A program made the translations under genes and the position numbers. A model generated the notes under the pieces. It worked only from the letters and a program-made list of their open reading frames with translations. It did no database searches and was not told the origin of the DNA. Positions 1 through 12,144 of a stretch of 64,000 nt of DNA are shown piece after piece (the first letter of the stretch is position 1; every line of letters starts with the position of its first letter). Source of the DNA: Thecamonas trahens ATCC 50062 (Eukaryota > Protista > Apusomonadida); assembly GCF_000142905.1 (NCBI RefSeq), contig NW_013657637.1:186001-250000 (forward strand), written 5' to 3'.

Positions 1-181
1 ATTCTACTCGACTTCACCTCGCTGCTGCCCGTCTCCCGCCTTCCCGCAACAAGCCCATTTGCTCTCGTGTGCTGCTCAATTGTAGAGCAGCACGCGAAGC
101 GAGGCGCTCAGCTGAAATGCTCAACTCAAAAACCACGTGCTTAAATAATACCGACCGCCGTCCCACCTCTACTCCACTCGC

Positions 182-1231
182 ATGTCCTCGTTTGCCAGTG
201 CTGCCTCGCCAGCTGCGGCGGTTTCGTCGCCGACAGCGACGCCTGGTGCGCCGCAAACATCGTACCTGATGACGATGTGGCGGGCGTACAACGCGGCGTC
301 CACAGAAGCCGAGCCCGCCTGTGAGACGGGTGCGTCGCGTGGCGTGGTGGCGCCGGCCGGTGTGGACGCCACTTCGGCAGCACTGGTCTCCTCGCTCCTG
401 CGGCCGGCCATCGAGCAGTGCACAGGCGCCGATCCCGCCATGACGACAAAGCTCACGGCACTTGCCATGCAGGCGCTCTGTGTGCCGATGGCCGGGAGCG
501 GCGCGAGCCCCATGGACGTTGTCTCCGCCACCACATCCACCGCCTCTGACCTCCGTTTGCACACTAAGCACCTCGCCCGCTTTGTCGACGCCGCCATGAA
601 CACCTGCATCCGACGCGCCGTCACCATCTCCTCATCCACCATGCAAGTCGCTGCCGATCATGTCATCGCCAGTCTCGACCTTCTCAACACTCTCATCCGC
701 GCCACCGCACTCCGCTACCTCGCCGTCTCCATCCTCCTCTTTGCGGCCCAGCTTGTGCGCAACGCCTCCTGTTCGACGCTCGCCTCGCCCGACTCGGCAG
801 CATGTAGCGTTGTTTCATCGAGCGTCTACCTGCTCGACATCACCATCGCCGTCTTCTTCCTCGTATTTGAAACGCTGCCGCTTGTTGGCCAGCTCATCGC
901 CGGCCTCGGCTACGCCGTGCTCGTCGTCGCCACCTACGCGTCCGAAGAGAGCGCCGCCGCCATCAAGCGCGGTCTCGAGACCGCGCTCATTGCACTTCCA
1001 GCACCGCTCATTCCCCGCATCCGTGCCCTCGTCGGGCCCCTTCCTGACCCGATCAACGCTGGCCGCGTGCTCCGCGAAATGCTCCCGCACAACGAGCTCC
1101 TCAAAATCCTCTACAAGCTCGTCGTCTTCTTCGTTCTCTCATACCTTTACTTCTTTCCACCCATCCGCCAGGAGGTCTCGCTTGTTGCGCTCGCAACGAG
1201 CGCCATCAGAGGTAGCGCAGCGCACGCGTGA
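182..1231 (+). CDS. Hypothetical membrane protein (349 aa)
   Basis: ATG-initiated ORF with coding-like codon usage and several hydrophobic segments in the C-terminal half (YLAVSILLFAAQL, LLDITIAVFFLVF, KLVVFFVLSYLYFF); no family recognised. Confidence 0.6.
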   Translation: MSSFASAASPAAAVSSPTATPGAPQTSYLMTMWRAYNAASTEAEPACETGASRGVVAPAGVDATSAALVSSLLRPAIEQCTGADPAMTTKLTALAMQALCVPMAGSGASPMDVVSATTSTASDLRLHTKHLARFVDAAMNTCIRRAVTISSSTMQVAADHVIASLDLLNTLIRATALRYLAVSILLFAAQLVRNASCSTLASPDSAACSVVSSSVYLLDITIAVFFLVFETLPLVGQLIAGLGYAVLVVATYASEESAAAIKRGLETALIALPAPLIPRIRALVGPLPDPINAGRVLREMLPHNELLKILYKLVVFFVLSYLYFFPPIRQEVSLVALATSAIRGSAAHA

Positions 1232-4200
1232 GGTAAACCGCCATCTTGTTGTCGCTCACCACCACGAGCGGATCGGCCAGAAACGCGGCCAGCGGCACAA
1301 AGGTGGTCAAGCATGCCCGCTCTCCGGCGCCACTCGCCATGTACGCACTCGACTCGCGCGTGAGGAGCAGGATGCTGCCTGTCATGTCGTACTCTTGCAC
1401 CTGCGCGTCAAACACCCCAAACACCTGCAGCTCGCGCTCCTCCGTGCTTGATGCCAACTTGCTCAGCACCGACCGCATCATGCTCCCCTCCACAAGGAGC
1501 CGCGGCACGGCGTCGCACTCGTTAACGACCGAGACGTGGCGCTTGAGACACGACTTGGTCTCATCCGCGCCTATCCGCCGCATCACGGCAGGTGCACCAA
1601 ACGAGGCAGAGACTAGCTTGACGTGGTGTGCCAAATGCAGATCGTACAAGCGCGCCTCTAGCACGAGCGCCACAATCTGCGCCACACCGCCGGCAATCCC
1701 ATGGCCCGTCACAAACAGGGTCACCGGCTCTTCGCCCTCCTCATCCAGCAAGTTGGCCCTCTCCAGCTCGCTGCGGAGGAGCGGCACCATGCCGCACACC
1801 ATCTCGTGCAACGCTGCTTGCACCAAATACTCGGCGTCCGACCCGGGTGGCCGGATGGTGGCTGTCGCCGAGTTGAGCATGGCCAGGCCGGTAGTCAACT
1901 CGTTTGTAAGCACAAATGCAAGTACAACCACCTTGCCGTTGCCGTCGTCACCGCGCTCGCGGTGCAGGAGCAGGAAGCCGGGCGAGCGGCCGTCCATCGT
2001 CACGTGCGCCGCGTCGAGCACGTATCGCATCTCGGGGAGCGCCAAGCCCACATCGTCACCAAGCGTCTCATGTTGCAGCCGCGTCGCGCGCGCCGCTGCC
2101 ACCAGCTGGCGAAACGCAAACGCGTCCACGCTCGCTCCTCCCGCAAACGACGCCACGTTTTCCTCCACCATTGCAAGAATCGCCGCCCCGTCCTTGATTA
2201 ACCACGGCGGGACATAGCAGGAGAGCGCCGCGTACGCCGCAGGCAGCGACAAATCGCACCCAAACGTTCCGCTCGCGTCACACGCCGCAGCCGCAAGCGT
2301 GAGCAGCCGCTGCATCCCTGTCTTCACCGCGTCCGAAAACGAATCCAGATCGAGGCGAGGCTTCAAAGCGCGGCCATGCTGCTCAGCATTCATGCTTGCC
2401 GACACCCATCCGTTCAGCTGGGCTGCAAACTCGTCGAGTGCGTCCACGGCGAGCATCACGACGTCGCTCATCGTCTCCTCCAACACCGAGCAGAGTGCTT
2501 CAGTAGCTTCCACGCCACGCTTGACTGAGCTCCAAAACACTGTAAACTCGGCCGTGCTCGCAATGAGCTTGTCGAGCGTAAACGCAGTAGCGTCATCCTC
2601 CATGAGCGAGACAAAGAGGAGGAGCACATCCTCCGAAGCCAGCTGGGACATCACGCTCCGTAGCGACTCGTTGCGCGCAGCCACATCATCCAGCCCACTG
2701 GCCAGTGCGAGCCCGAGTACCGACCACCGGAGCGCATGCGTCCGCCACTCGCCAAGCTCGCGCCGCACAAAGCTGGCATTGACCAGCAGCGGAACATGCC
2801 GCTGCACGCCAGCCTGCCACAGCTCCACACCCTGCACCGCAATACGCCGCACGCCGTCAAGCGCGCCGATAAAGCCCGACACCGGATGCACAGCAGCAAG
2901 CGTCGACTGCGCCGTCTGAATCACAAGCTCGCGCGCCTCGTCCTCGTTCAGCCGCGTCATCCGCTCCGTGTCCCAAATAAGCGAAAACCACGACGCCACC
3001 GCACGGCCCAGCCCAAACGCCCCCACCACTACCGCCGAGAGCGCTTCCAGCGCGTTCAAAACGAGTCCGTCCCGCTCTCCAGCTCGTGCTCGAGCGTCAG
3101 CCCGGATCTGAGTAGCGAGTCGATCATCTTCGCCTTGGCCGCGCCCACGGGCGGCAAGTCGCGGAACCGCGGGTTTGCCACGAGCTCGTCCACGCACCCG
3201 TTGAGGGACTCGATACACGTCGACACGGTGGCCACAAACGCCTTGGCCGGCGCCAGCACTCGCTCGGCATCCTCACGCATCTGCGATGCCATGAGCCCGG
3301 TGTGCCTATCCAGCGCCTCTTCAGTCGTGCGGCGCACTGCCTTTGCCTTGCGCCTCCCGTTCTTGCCAGCAGGCACCCGGGCGTAGTTGACGCTCGCCAC
3401 GTTGCACCCGTACTCCACCACGTGATCACTCACGTTGGACAGCATATCTGTCATGACCGCCACCACCTTGGTGTACGCAACAAGCCACGAGCCGATCATG
3501 TGTCGTTCACCCATGCCCATAACCAGGTCGCTCGAGAGCGACGCCTGCACCGTCGACGAGACCGAGACGCCCAGCATCGCGTCCACCGTATCGGCGCGCC
3601 CGCGCCCCGCTCCCACAGTCGCGTTTCGCTGCATCTGCTGTGCCTCCACCGAACGGGCATCAACCCACGTCCGTGTCCCGAAATCGGCCCCGTGTCGCCG
3701 CGCCTCCTCTTCCGCAAGTGCACCCGACGCCAGGTGCTTTCCCACGTCGGAAGACAACAGCGATTCGCTCCCGCTCAGTGACTTGACAACCGCCACATTG
3801 GTCTCGAGGCGTGACGTGAGCTTGGGCGCGTGCGTCTCCACATTGCTTGCCGAGAGAAGCCGCCCCATGCTCCGCTCGTCGCGGAGAACCTGTCCGACGA
3901 GAAAGTCGATCACGTTGAGCGCGCTGCTCGCCGCGCTCACGGCGGCATGGCAGACATCTGGCGTGACACTATTTTTCGACACCTTGCGCGCCGTTGCAAG
4001 CGCGCCTGCCTTCTTGTCGAGTGAAAGCCTGTGCACGTTGTGCGCGTCAAGCACCCGCAACGTCTGCAAGAGCTCGGAAAGGTGCGCTGTCACCCGCCCC
4101 ACCAGCGGCTCCAAGTCGAGCGACGTCACCATCGCCTCGGCGAGGCACCACGCCTCGCCCGCCGCGCGCTCCACAATCTCCCCACCCACCCGACACACCT

Positions 4201-7200
4201 CGGGCTCGGCAAGCGCGTCGTACTTGCTCGCCTCAAACGCGCGCTCGAGCAGCGAGACGTGCGGGAGCGATCGCGCAAACTGCCACAAGCCCGACTCTCC
4301 GCGCTCACCAAAGAACGTGCCCCGCAACGCCTCATGCTTGTCCCTCAATCCAGCGGGCAGCGTGGTGTCCTCCACCACAAATCGCACAAACCTCAGGCAC
4401 GCCCAAAAGCACACCAGATCGCCGAGACGAGCCATTGCCCGCGTCGATGAGACCACAAACACCACGTACTCCCACGCCGCATCAAGGAGCGGCTTGCCGA
4501 ACGACTGCAGCGCGGCAAACATTCGCACAAGCACAGCTTCGCGCGCATCCGCGCTCAGCAGCTCATCCTCGTCCTCGTCGAGAGCGACCGGAGTCTGCGG
4601 CCGTGATGGCCCACCGCCCTCGCCGCCATTGCTCCGCGACTTGACTGCCGTCTCGGTGTCCTCGTCCGAAAATGAGTACGCCTCCTCGTCCACGTCGATG
4701 AACGACTTGTTGGCAAGTGACGCCCGTTCGTTCTTCTTCAGCTGAGTGTAGCAAGCAAGAGGCCACCCATGCGCGACGGCGTTGCCTTCCTGCGCGGCGC
4801 GCAGCGCGCCGAGCGTGTCCTCCTTCTCTGCGTCGTCAAGATCGCCATACAGGTTGATGACTCCCACCACAGCAACGAGGACGGGAAGGAGTACGCGCGC
4901 ATGCGGACGCTCGGCCACGTGGAAGAGTGTGAAACCAGCCCAACCCACCCACGTCCAAAACATCTCCTGCCGCGGGTCGAGCCCGCTCGGCCGGAGATGC
5001 TTGGCTACCACCTCGACACGCGCCCGCTGCACACGCGCGCCATGATCAGCCGACGAGAAAAGGTTAGCGCGGAGCGACGGGACACCGGAAAGCGGCAGCA
5101 CCACGTCATACGCGAACCGGAGGACCGCGCTTGCCGCGCTCGCCTTGACGCACGCGGCCTTAAACAGTGTGTCGACGTGCGAGCGCGCGAGGAGGTAGTC
5201 GCCGGCCTCACGCGACGCGTGCACTGTCGCCACAACAAACTCGGGGCGCGCTGCGCCAATCGTGGGGAGGAGCACAGCCTCGAGCGTGAGCTGGTGCACG
5301 AGCGACGACGGCAAGTGCTCGGCCGGCGACGACGACGCGGCCCACGTTCCTTCGCGCGCCGCCAGCGTCTCAGACGCCATGGTGAACGCCCGCTCAAAGA
5401 GCGACAGCGCCGTTCTGGGCCCCTTCAGCACCAACTCTTCTGTCTTGCCCATTTCGTCCTCCAGCGTTACCGTAACGCACCCGCCATCACGGGCGATGGC
5501 AAACTCGGTCACTAGCGGCGGCGTGCGGCCCTCGGGTGCGATAGCGGCAACGAAGAGCGGCTCCGACCTGGACGCCAACAAGAGCGCAAACCACGCGGTG
5601 AGCCGCCACGACGCACTCGGCGGGTTTGGAGGCGCAAGCGCCATCACCACCACAGCATGCACCTCCTTCGTCGACGTCCGCTTGAACCGCCGCATCTCAA
5701 GCGTCAGCTGCCCCGAGTAGAGGACAAGCGGCGAGCCGTGTCCATCGAGCCACTCGAAATCCGCGTTGATGCCCGAAAGGTGCAGCGAAGCCGCAACGCA
5801 TGGCGTCACAGACGCCGCAACGTATGCGGACGCGCCGGCCAACGTCGGCCGTGCCATGTTGCTCAGCACGTTCCCGTCAAGGACGTTGCGCAGATGGAGA
5901 AGGCGATGGAGCACCTGGCCTGCGACCGCGAAGAGGCCGTGAAACTCGAGCCGGGCCGAGAGCGAGTCAAGGACGACCACCAAGCGGACGATGTCGTCAA
6001 ATGTCACGTTTGACGCCTCAAACGCCTCAGGGGACGCCAGCGCACCCTCCAGTACACTCTCCAGTGCCGACGAGAACGAGACGGCGCGCGTCCGCGACGA
6101 AAACGCCGCCCACAGCGGCTCCGAGCCAAACTCGGCCACAAAGTGCAGCAGGGCCGTGATCACGGCGTTGCTCGCGCGCGTCGACTTGGATTCCCAGCTG
6201 GCAAGCCCGCTGATCCATGAGTCGAGGAGCGCCGCAAAGACGGGCTCGCCCACATCGCGCGCGTTGACCAGTCGCTGCACATCGCGCGGGAACGACGGAA
6301 ACACAAGATCAAAGCCGAGGTCGGCCAGCTGCGGGCGTGCTCCATGGACGTCGAGCGACAGCGGGTCACGCGCCGCCGCTGCCGCCGACGCCGGGAGAAC
6401 GCTGGCTGCGACTGGCGCCACCAGCCCGTCGACGGCATAGAGCGGCGAGTCTAGCACAGCGTCCATCCCGTGCGTTGTCAGTGAGATACCTGCCCGCGTG
6501 GCGAGGCCGCCGTCCATTCCGGCGAGCGACGCCAGCGCACCTGTGGCAGGGTGCGACGGCGGCTGATGAGGAAGCTCTACCCGCAGGTGCAGCACGTCCT
6601 TCGTCTCGTGCGCCGCCACCACGAGCGTGACCACCGGCACAAGCTCGGAAAGCGGCGACGACGACGACGCGACAAAGCCCGCGTCCATGCCAAGAATGGC
6701 AAACGGCGCGTCCAGCACGTTGTTCGATGACTCGATGAGCGACGGCGCAAGCTCGAGGCGCGCCGCCCACCACAGATCCAGGTACGGCGAGTAGATCCAG
6801 AGCAGCCGCCACGGCTGGCTGCGAAACCATGCGGCCGTCACGTCGCGCGCCTTTGTGTCCTGCCACCCAAACGTCGTGTCAGACGCCACAGACGGCTGCG
6901 CGGCGTACGTCGCTGGCGACACACCGCCCGACGCGAGAACGAGGAGCGACGCTGTAGGCATCGACGGGTGCCGCGCAAAAGCAAGGCTCGGAGCCGCCAT
7001 CGGCGGTGGGCGCACAACCGAAGTGTCGTCATGATCGAGAACAAGTCGCCACGACCCGAGCTGGCCCTCGCTGCTCCCCACGTCGAGCGTCCAGAGGCTC
7101 CCCACAGGTACACGCTCGCGCCGCGACCGTATCCAGTGGCCGCCGTAAACAAACACGAGGTCGAGCGATGGAACGTACAGCTGCGCCGAACCGACAGCGG

Positions 7201-9555
7201 CACCTACACACGCATCGGGCGATGCTGCCACGAGGACGGCTTCATCGTACGGATCCACGCCCCACCCCGGCGCCGCAAAGCCGAGATGCGGATACGCTCG
7301 CTCGCGTTGCGACTCGCTGTTGTCGTCGGCTCCGGGCACGCGCGCCGCCACGCGCGCCTCGGACCGCAGCACAGCGTCGGGCGTGTGCGCTTCGTCGGCG
7401 CCGATTGCGCGGAGAACGCCGAAAGAGTACGAGTTGGAGAGCGCAAGGGTAAGCAGCCACTCTCCAGACACCCCATTGCCGCCGTGACCCGCAATGTTTG
7501 CCTCCTTGCGCACCGGCGGCGCCGTAATGGTCACCGCAAACAGCTCGGCACCCGCGCTCACCATCAGCAGCGACCGGTGTGCGAGGAAGGTAGCCACCAG
7601 CGGCGGCGCCAGCCCTCGCGGAAGGCTCAACGACGGCCCCTTGAGCTCATTGACGATCGCGTGCACTGCAAACCCCGTCCCCGTCTCAACGCGTTGCGCA
7701 ATGTTGACCGGCATCAGCGAGCCGTTCTTCTGCACCTGTGGTACCTGAAGCACCAGAAACTCCAGGCGCAGCACGCGCTTTCGGCGCACGTCGCCGTTAG
7801 ACCGCGACTTGACGAGGCTCACCACAAACACACCACCAAGCTCTAGTGCGGGCGCAAACGCGAGCACGCTGTGAGATGTGAGCGCCCGGGCGCCATCATT
7901 GGCGAGCTTCAGCTCGATGGCCACCGCCTTGTTGTGCGAGCAGACAGCGAGCCCGTTCGACGTCACAAAGAGCGCCCACGTTCCGGCATCATCACTGTGC
8001 ACCGCGCCGAGCAGCAATGCACTGGGTATCACAGCCGACGCGTGCACGTCCCAAGGCGCCGCGCGGAGGTGCAGCGATGGGTTGCGCTCGTTGGGCGCGG
8101 CGAGCGCCATGCCCCTGCAAAGCGTCGCCGGCGTGGTCGAGCTCGCACCGCCCCAAACCGCCCTGGACCTGCGCCGGAACAGCGACGGCCCGGCGTCAAC
8201 CTCGTGCGCGTACGAGACGTAGAGGATGTGAAGCAACCACGGCGCTGACACGAGGACGTCGGCAATTCTTACCACATTTGACTCAACCGTGCCCGCAAGC
8301 ATCTTGATGAAAGCCTCCTCGAGCTCGGCGCGCACAATCTCGTCACGCAGCGCCGAGACAAGCGTGAGCCGCGGCGGATCATCCACCGCGGCATCGTGGG
8401 TGTGGATGCTGTTCACAAAGGCCCCGAGTCGACGCTTCCGTTGCCGCAGCGAGCCGGCGAGCATGAGCAGCGCATCTTCAATCCCCGCCTGGGGCAGCTC
8501 AGGATACACCAGGTCGTCGACCACGCCGATGCCATGCGTCGCCACGCGGAGCGAGTAGCCGACACCATGGCGTGCCGGCTCGAGCTGCGCATCAAAATCC
8601 ACCACGGGCCGCCCAAACACCTTGCCTGTCCCAAGCATGTCACCTAGTACCTCGGTATGTCGCACCGCATGCTCATGGAACGCGCTCCCGCCCCACGCCA
8701 GCGCCCGCGCAGCCACAGCCCCGCCCGTGTACGACCGGCTGCCACCGGCCACTGAAGCCCGGCCCACAGTCGGCCGCTCGGCAAGCGACGGGCGAAACTT
8801 CAGCGCCGCGACGAGACCGACAAGCCAGCGAAAGGCCGACGGGGCGTGCCAGGGTACGAGGATGAGGGTGTGCCGATGCGGGCCGAGTGGGCTGCTGCTC
8901 GAAAACTCGAGGCCGATGGCGCGCGAGGTGGGGAAAGGGCCCAGCTCGGCAGCGATCTTGCGGGCCTCTTCGGGCGCAAGCTCCTCCATCTGGGAGAAGG
9001 AGTACGGCGCAATGAGCTTAGTTGCTGCGGCCAGCGGGAATGCGAGGAGCACCGAAGCCGCCACTTCGTCATTCGTCTTGATGAGGACGACGAGCTTGTG
9101 GCGCTCGGTGTTGGCGGCGCGAAGGGCCACGAACGCCGTGTTGAGCGTCCACTGCCCAGCCCCACCAATGAGTACGCTCATCTCATCGCCCACCACCAGG
9201 CTGTCGTAAAACGACGCTCGATGCTCCTCGGCTAGCCCCGTGAGCAGCTCGCCCATGACACTCGCCACTTTGATAGCCACACCCTCACCCACCGCCGGCT
9301 GCACCACCGACGCGCTTCGCACCCGCGATAGTGCCCGCATCCGTGCCGACTGTACATCGCCTGTGTCGCTCGCACTGCCATCGCTGCCCACAACTCGCAT
9401 CGTCTGCTCCACCAACCGCACAGACCCGAGGGCCTCGCCGCCGCCCGCATCGTCGAAGCCCGATCCAGAGTCCGAGCCGCTCCTGCCCTCACGCGACCTC
9501 CTCGCGCCTGCTCTCGAGCTTGACGACGCCTGCCGACGCTTGTCTTTTTGCCCAT
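1206..9555 (-). CDS. Giant (~2,780 aa) protein with kelch-like region and C-terminal class-3 lipase-like domain; split by two apparent 1-nt frameshifts
   Basis: ORFs 3056-9421 and 1206-3218 join if one T is added to the T4 run at 3058-3061 (..DSF-LNALEAL..). ATG 9555 joins if one A is added to the A5 run at 9545-9549 (MGKKDKRRQASSS..). Lipase_3-like motifs LFVTGHGIAGG, SFGAP, VVNECDAVPRL; kelch-like VFVYGG..LWTLD..W near 6750-7160. Confidence 0.6.
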
Positions 9556-9722
9556 GGCTGCTCTGGTCTGTTGACGAGTGGTGGCGCCGGCTGCAAACAG
9601 GGAGGCAGCGCGGCGAAAAGGTGGTGGTTGCTCAAAAACGTCTCAAACCAGAGAGCAAGTGACAGGTGACGTTTTGAGATAGTTTGTTCGTTGGGGGATG
9701 AGGAGGGGGATGGTGCACGTGG

Positions 9723-10037
9723 CTACGACGACGACGAGGCCTTGTTGAGCTCGCGGCGGATGGTGTTGATGGTGCCACGGATGGCTGCGACCTCGTCGAG
9801 GTTCTTTTTGTCGGTGGCGGTAAAGGGCGGCGCGGAGGCAAATAGCGCCTCGAGTCTTTTCGCGAGGTCCTCGATGTGCGTCTCGCAGGTGGCGATCTTG
9901 TCGGCGTACGTGCGGTTGAGCTCGACGGCAGCCGAGAGACCAGTCGCCAGCTGCTCCACACGCGCCGTGATGGCCTCACGCTCTGTCTTTGACTCGGACA
10001 TGTGCCGGTTGACATCATCCTGCCATGATGCCGCCAT
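9723..10037 (-). CDS. Small coiled-coil protein (104 aa)
   Basis: MAASWQDDVNRHMSESKTEREAITARVEQLA...; heptad-like amphipathic helices. ATG 10037 preferred because the longer ORF is antisense to the next gene. Confidence 0.6.
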   Translation of the reverse strand: MAASWQDDVNRHMSESKTEREAITARVEQLATGLSAAVELNRTYADKIATCETHIEDLAKRLEALFASAPPFTATDKKNLDEVAAIRGTINTIRRELNKASSSS

Positions 10038-10056
10038 TCGATTGAGCAAGCCCTCT

Positions 10057-10099
10057 GAGCGAGAGAGCGAGCGAGCGAGCGAGAGAGAGAGAGAGAGAG
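10057..10099. repeat. (GAGC)n/(GA)n microsatellite in a ~150 bp divergent intergenic region
   Basis: gagcgagagagcgagcgagcgagcgagagagagagagagagag seen directly. Confidence 0.85.
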
Positions 10100-10190
10100 C
10101 AATTGCGCAGCGTTCCGCGACTTTTTCGCCTGGACGATAGAGCAGCCAGCTGTGTGGCGATGACGGCCTAAACTCAGCTCGACGTACGGA

Positions 10191-11444
10191 ATGGACGCCA
10201 CAGAAGAAGTTGACCCGCAAGAGGTGGAGCTCGATACTCTGGGAGAGGAGAGGGACGTGGGAGGGGAAGCGGGAAACGACGCGGCGCCTGCCCGCTACCG
10301 GCAGCGCAATGTGCGGCCGCTCGCCATTGCCTTCATGACGCCAGAGCAGCGCGCAGCTCTGACGGCGAGCGAGCGCAAGGAGGTGATGCGGGAGACGCCG
10401 CGGCTCTCGCTGGTGGCGCCGTCGCACGAGGCGGCAACCATGGCATCGGACGCGCTCACGCAGGCGTGGCCGCAGCGCGAGCCATACGGATCGCGGGCGA
10501 CAGAGGACATTGCTGTGCGCCTTGGGGCGTTTCGCCAGGCTTTTTCCGAGTCGCTCATTCTCATGGGCCAGCTCCTCGTCATCGCCACGCTCCTCTGCGC
10601 CTACCACGCCACGGTTGCCCGCGACGAGCACCCGGCGCTAGTGTCGCGAGATGCGTTCTTTGCGCATGTGGACGCTGCGTCGTTCACCTGCGAATCCGCG
10701 ACGTCGACGGAGACGTGCGATTCACTCGAGCCAAATGAGATCCTGTTCTTGGGTCGCCAGGGCATCAGAAAACGACAGCTGTGTGTGGCGTTCAACGCCA
10801 CAACGTCGCCGCGCAACGAGCTGATTCGCCTGAACTCGTCGCGCAACATACTGGCCTCGGGGTTCGAGTCATACTCGATTGTCGTCGGCCTCGCTCTCTT
10901 TCTCGGCAAGAAGCTCCTCCTCACAATCCTCTCCTGGGTCTACCTCACGCTCGGCCTCGTCGCCGACGAGCGCGACTTTGCGGGCAACAACCCGCTTGCA
11001 GCCATGCGCTCTGCAGGCCGAAACACATGCTACGCACTGCACGTTCTCTTCTCACGCCTCTGGCGCCTGGCGGTGCCGATTATCATTGATGTCGTCCTCT
11101 TCACCCTCGCCTTTATCACGTACATCATCGACTCCTTTGGCAGCAGCAACTCGCTCGGCTCGCTATGCACGTTGCGCGACAACTCCACGCCCGCTGTGGT
11201 CATGTGGAGCATGCTTGCTACAGCATCATGCCTGGCCTTTGTCGCGTTTTGCGCACTCATCATCCTCAAGCCCTGGGACTTTCCCATCCTCGACACAGTC
11301 GCAATGCTCCGCATCGACGAGCCCGAGCACCTGCCCGACTATCTCACGCCCATCGCTCCAGAGTCCAACCTGAGCACCGCGTGGCGAACACTCAAGAACT
11401 TTGTGACTCCGCCCGGCATATGCACCCGCGTCACGGGCGAGTAG
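10191..11444 (+). CDS. Hypothetical multi-pass membrane protein (417 aa)
   Basis: Acidic N-terminus, about 4 hydrophobic helices and a Cys-containing loop; no family recognised. Confidence 0.65.
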   Translation: MDATEEVDPQEVELDTLGEERDVGGEAGNDAAPARYRQRNVRPLAIAFMTPEQRAALTASERKEVMRETPRLSLVAPSHEAATMASDALTQAWPQREPYGSRATEDIAVRLGAFRQAFSESLILMGQLLVIATLLCAYHATVARDEHPALVSRDAFFAHVDAASFTCESATSTETCDSLEPNEILFLGRQGIRKRQLCVAFNATTSPRNELIRLNSSRNILASGFESYSIVVGLALFLGKKLLLTILSWVYLTLGLVADERDFAGNNPLAAMRSAGRNTCYALHVLFSRLWRLAVPIIIDVVLFTLAFITYIIDSFGSSNSLGSLCTLRDNSTPAVVMWSMLATASCLAFVAFCALIILKPWDFPILDTVAMLRIDEPEHLPDYLTPIAPESNLSTAWRTLKNFVTPPGICTRVTGE

Positions 11445-11854
11445 CTTGTAAACCAAGCATCAAGCGCGTCGGACAAGTCCTCGCTCGTTGCAGCCATGCG
11501 GCCCGTCGCCACGCCCATTTGCAGTTCAAACACTCCCACGCCGCTCCACCCGATGTGGCGGGCGACAGCTGCTCCACGGGAATGCCGATGCATGGATCGC
11601 CAAGTGCGGCGATCTCGCCCGCGACGTCTGTGTGCAGCTCGACGAGAATGTGCACGTACGCCCAGTGTTGCCGCGACTGCTACGAGTCGCTAACACTCGC
11701 GGCCGGCTGAGCGAAGCGAAGCGGCTGACACCGTACCTTGCTAAGAGCTCTGACGGCGTCGACACAGTCGGCTCCGACGGAGCGGAATCCCACCCGCTCA
11801 CCCTTTCTGATGACGATGCGCGACGACGACGACGGGTGCCCGCGAGCCATCGAT
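11431..11854 (-). CDS. Possible small two-exon protein
   Basis: ORFs 11680-11907 and 11431-11655 share a frame and can be joined by a 57-nt GTACGG...TCGTAG intron that removes the stop; no homology recognised. Confidence 0.25.
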
Positions 11855-12144
11855 GGACGATCACGTACACGCGGCTGACCGTGCCAATTGGCACAATGCG
11901 CTGGCAAAGATGGTCAGCACAATATATGCGAGGAAATGTCAAGCCGTCGAGCCAGCAGAGCGAGCCACAGCTCGGCCGGCAACCGAGAGTGTTGTAGCTA
12001 GCACTGAAAGTCGTCGAGGCAGCTCGAGACCTCTTTGCGGAGCGAATTGTCGAATCGCATTCCGCCGCCACTCGTGTCGAAACGAGCCCAATGCCGTCGG
12101 GTGTTTTGGCTATTTTGGGTCGCACCCCCTTACTCCATTTAATC

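Noticed and set aside
3056-3064. TTT-TGA as an antizyme/RF2-like +1 programmed frameshift
   Set aside because: The downstream coding frame is -1, not +1; a missing T explains it more simply.
11914-11997. F-box-like LPAELWLALL peptide on the minus strand
   Set aside because: Bounded by stops with no ATG and no convincing splice context.
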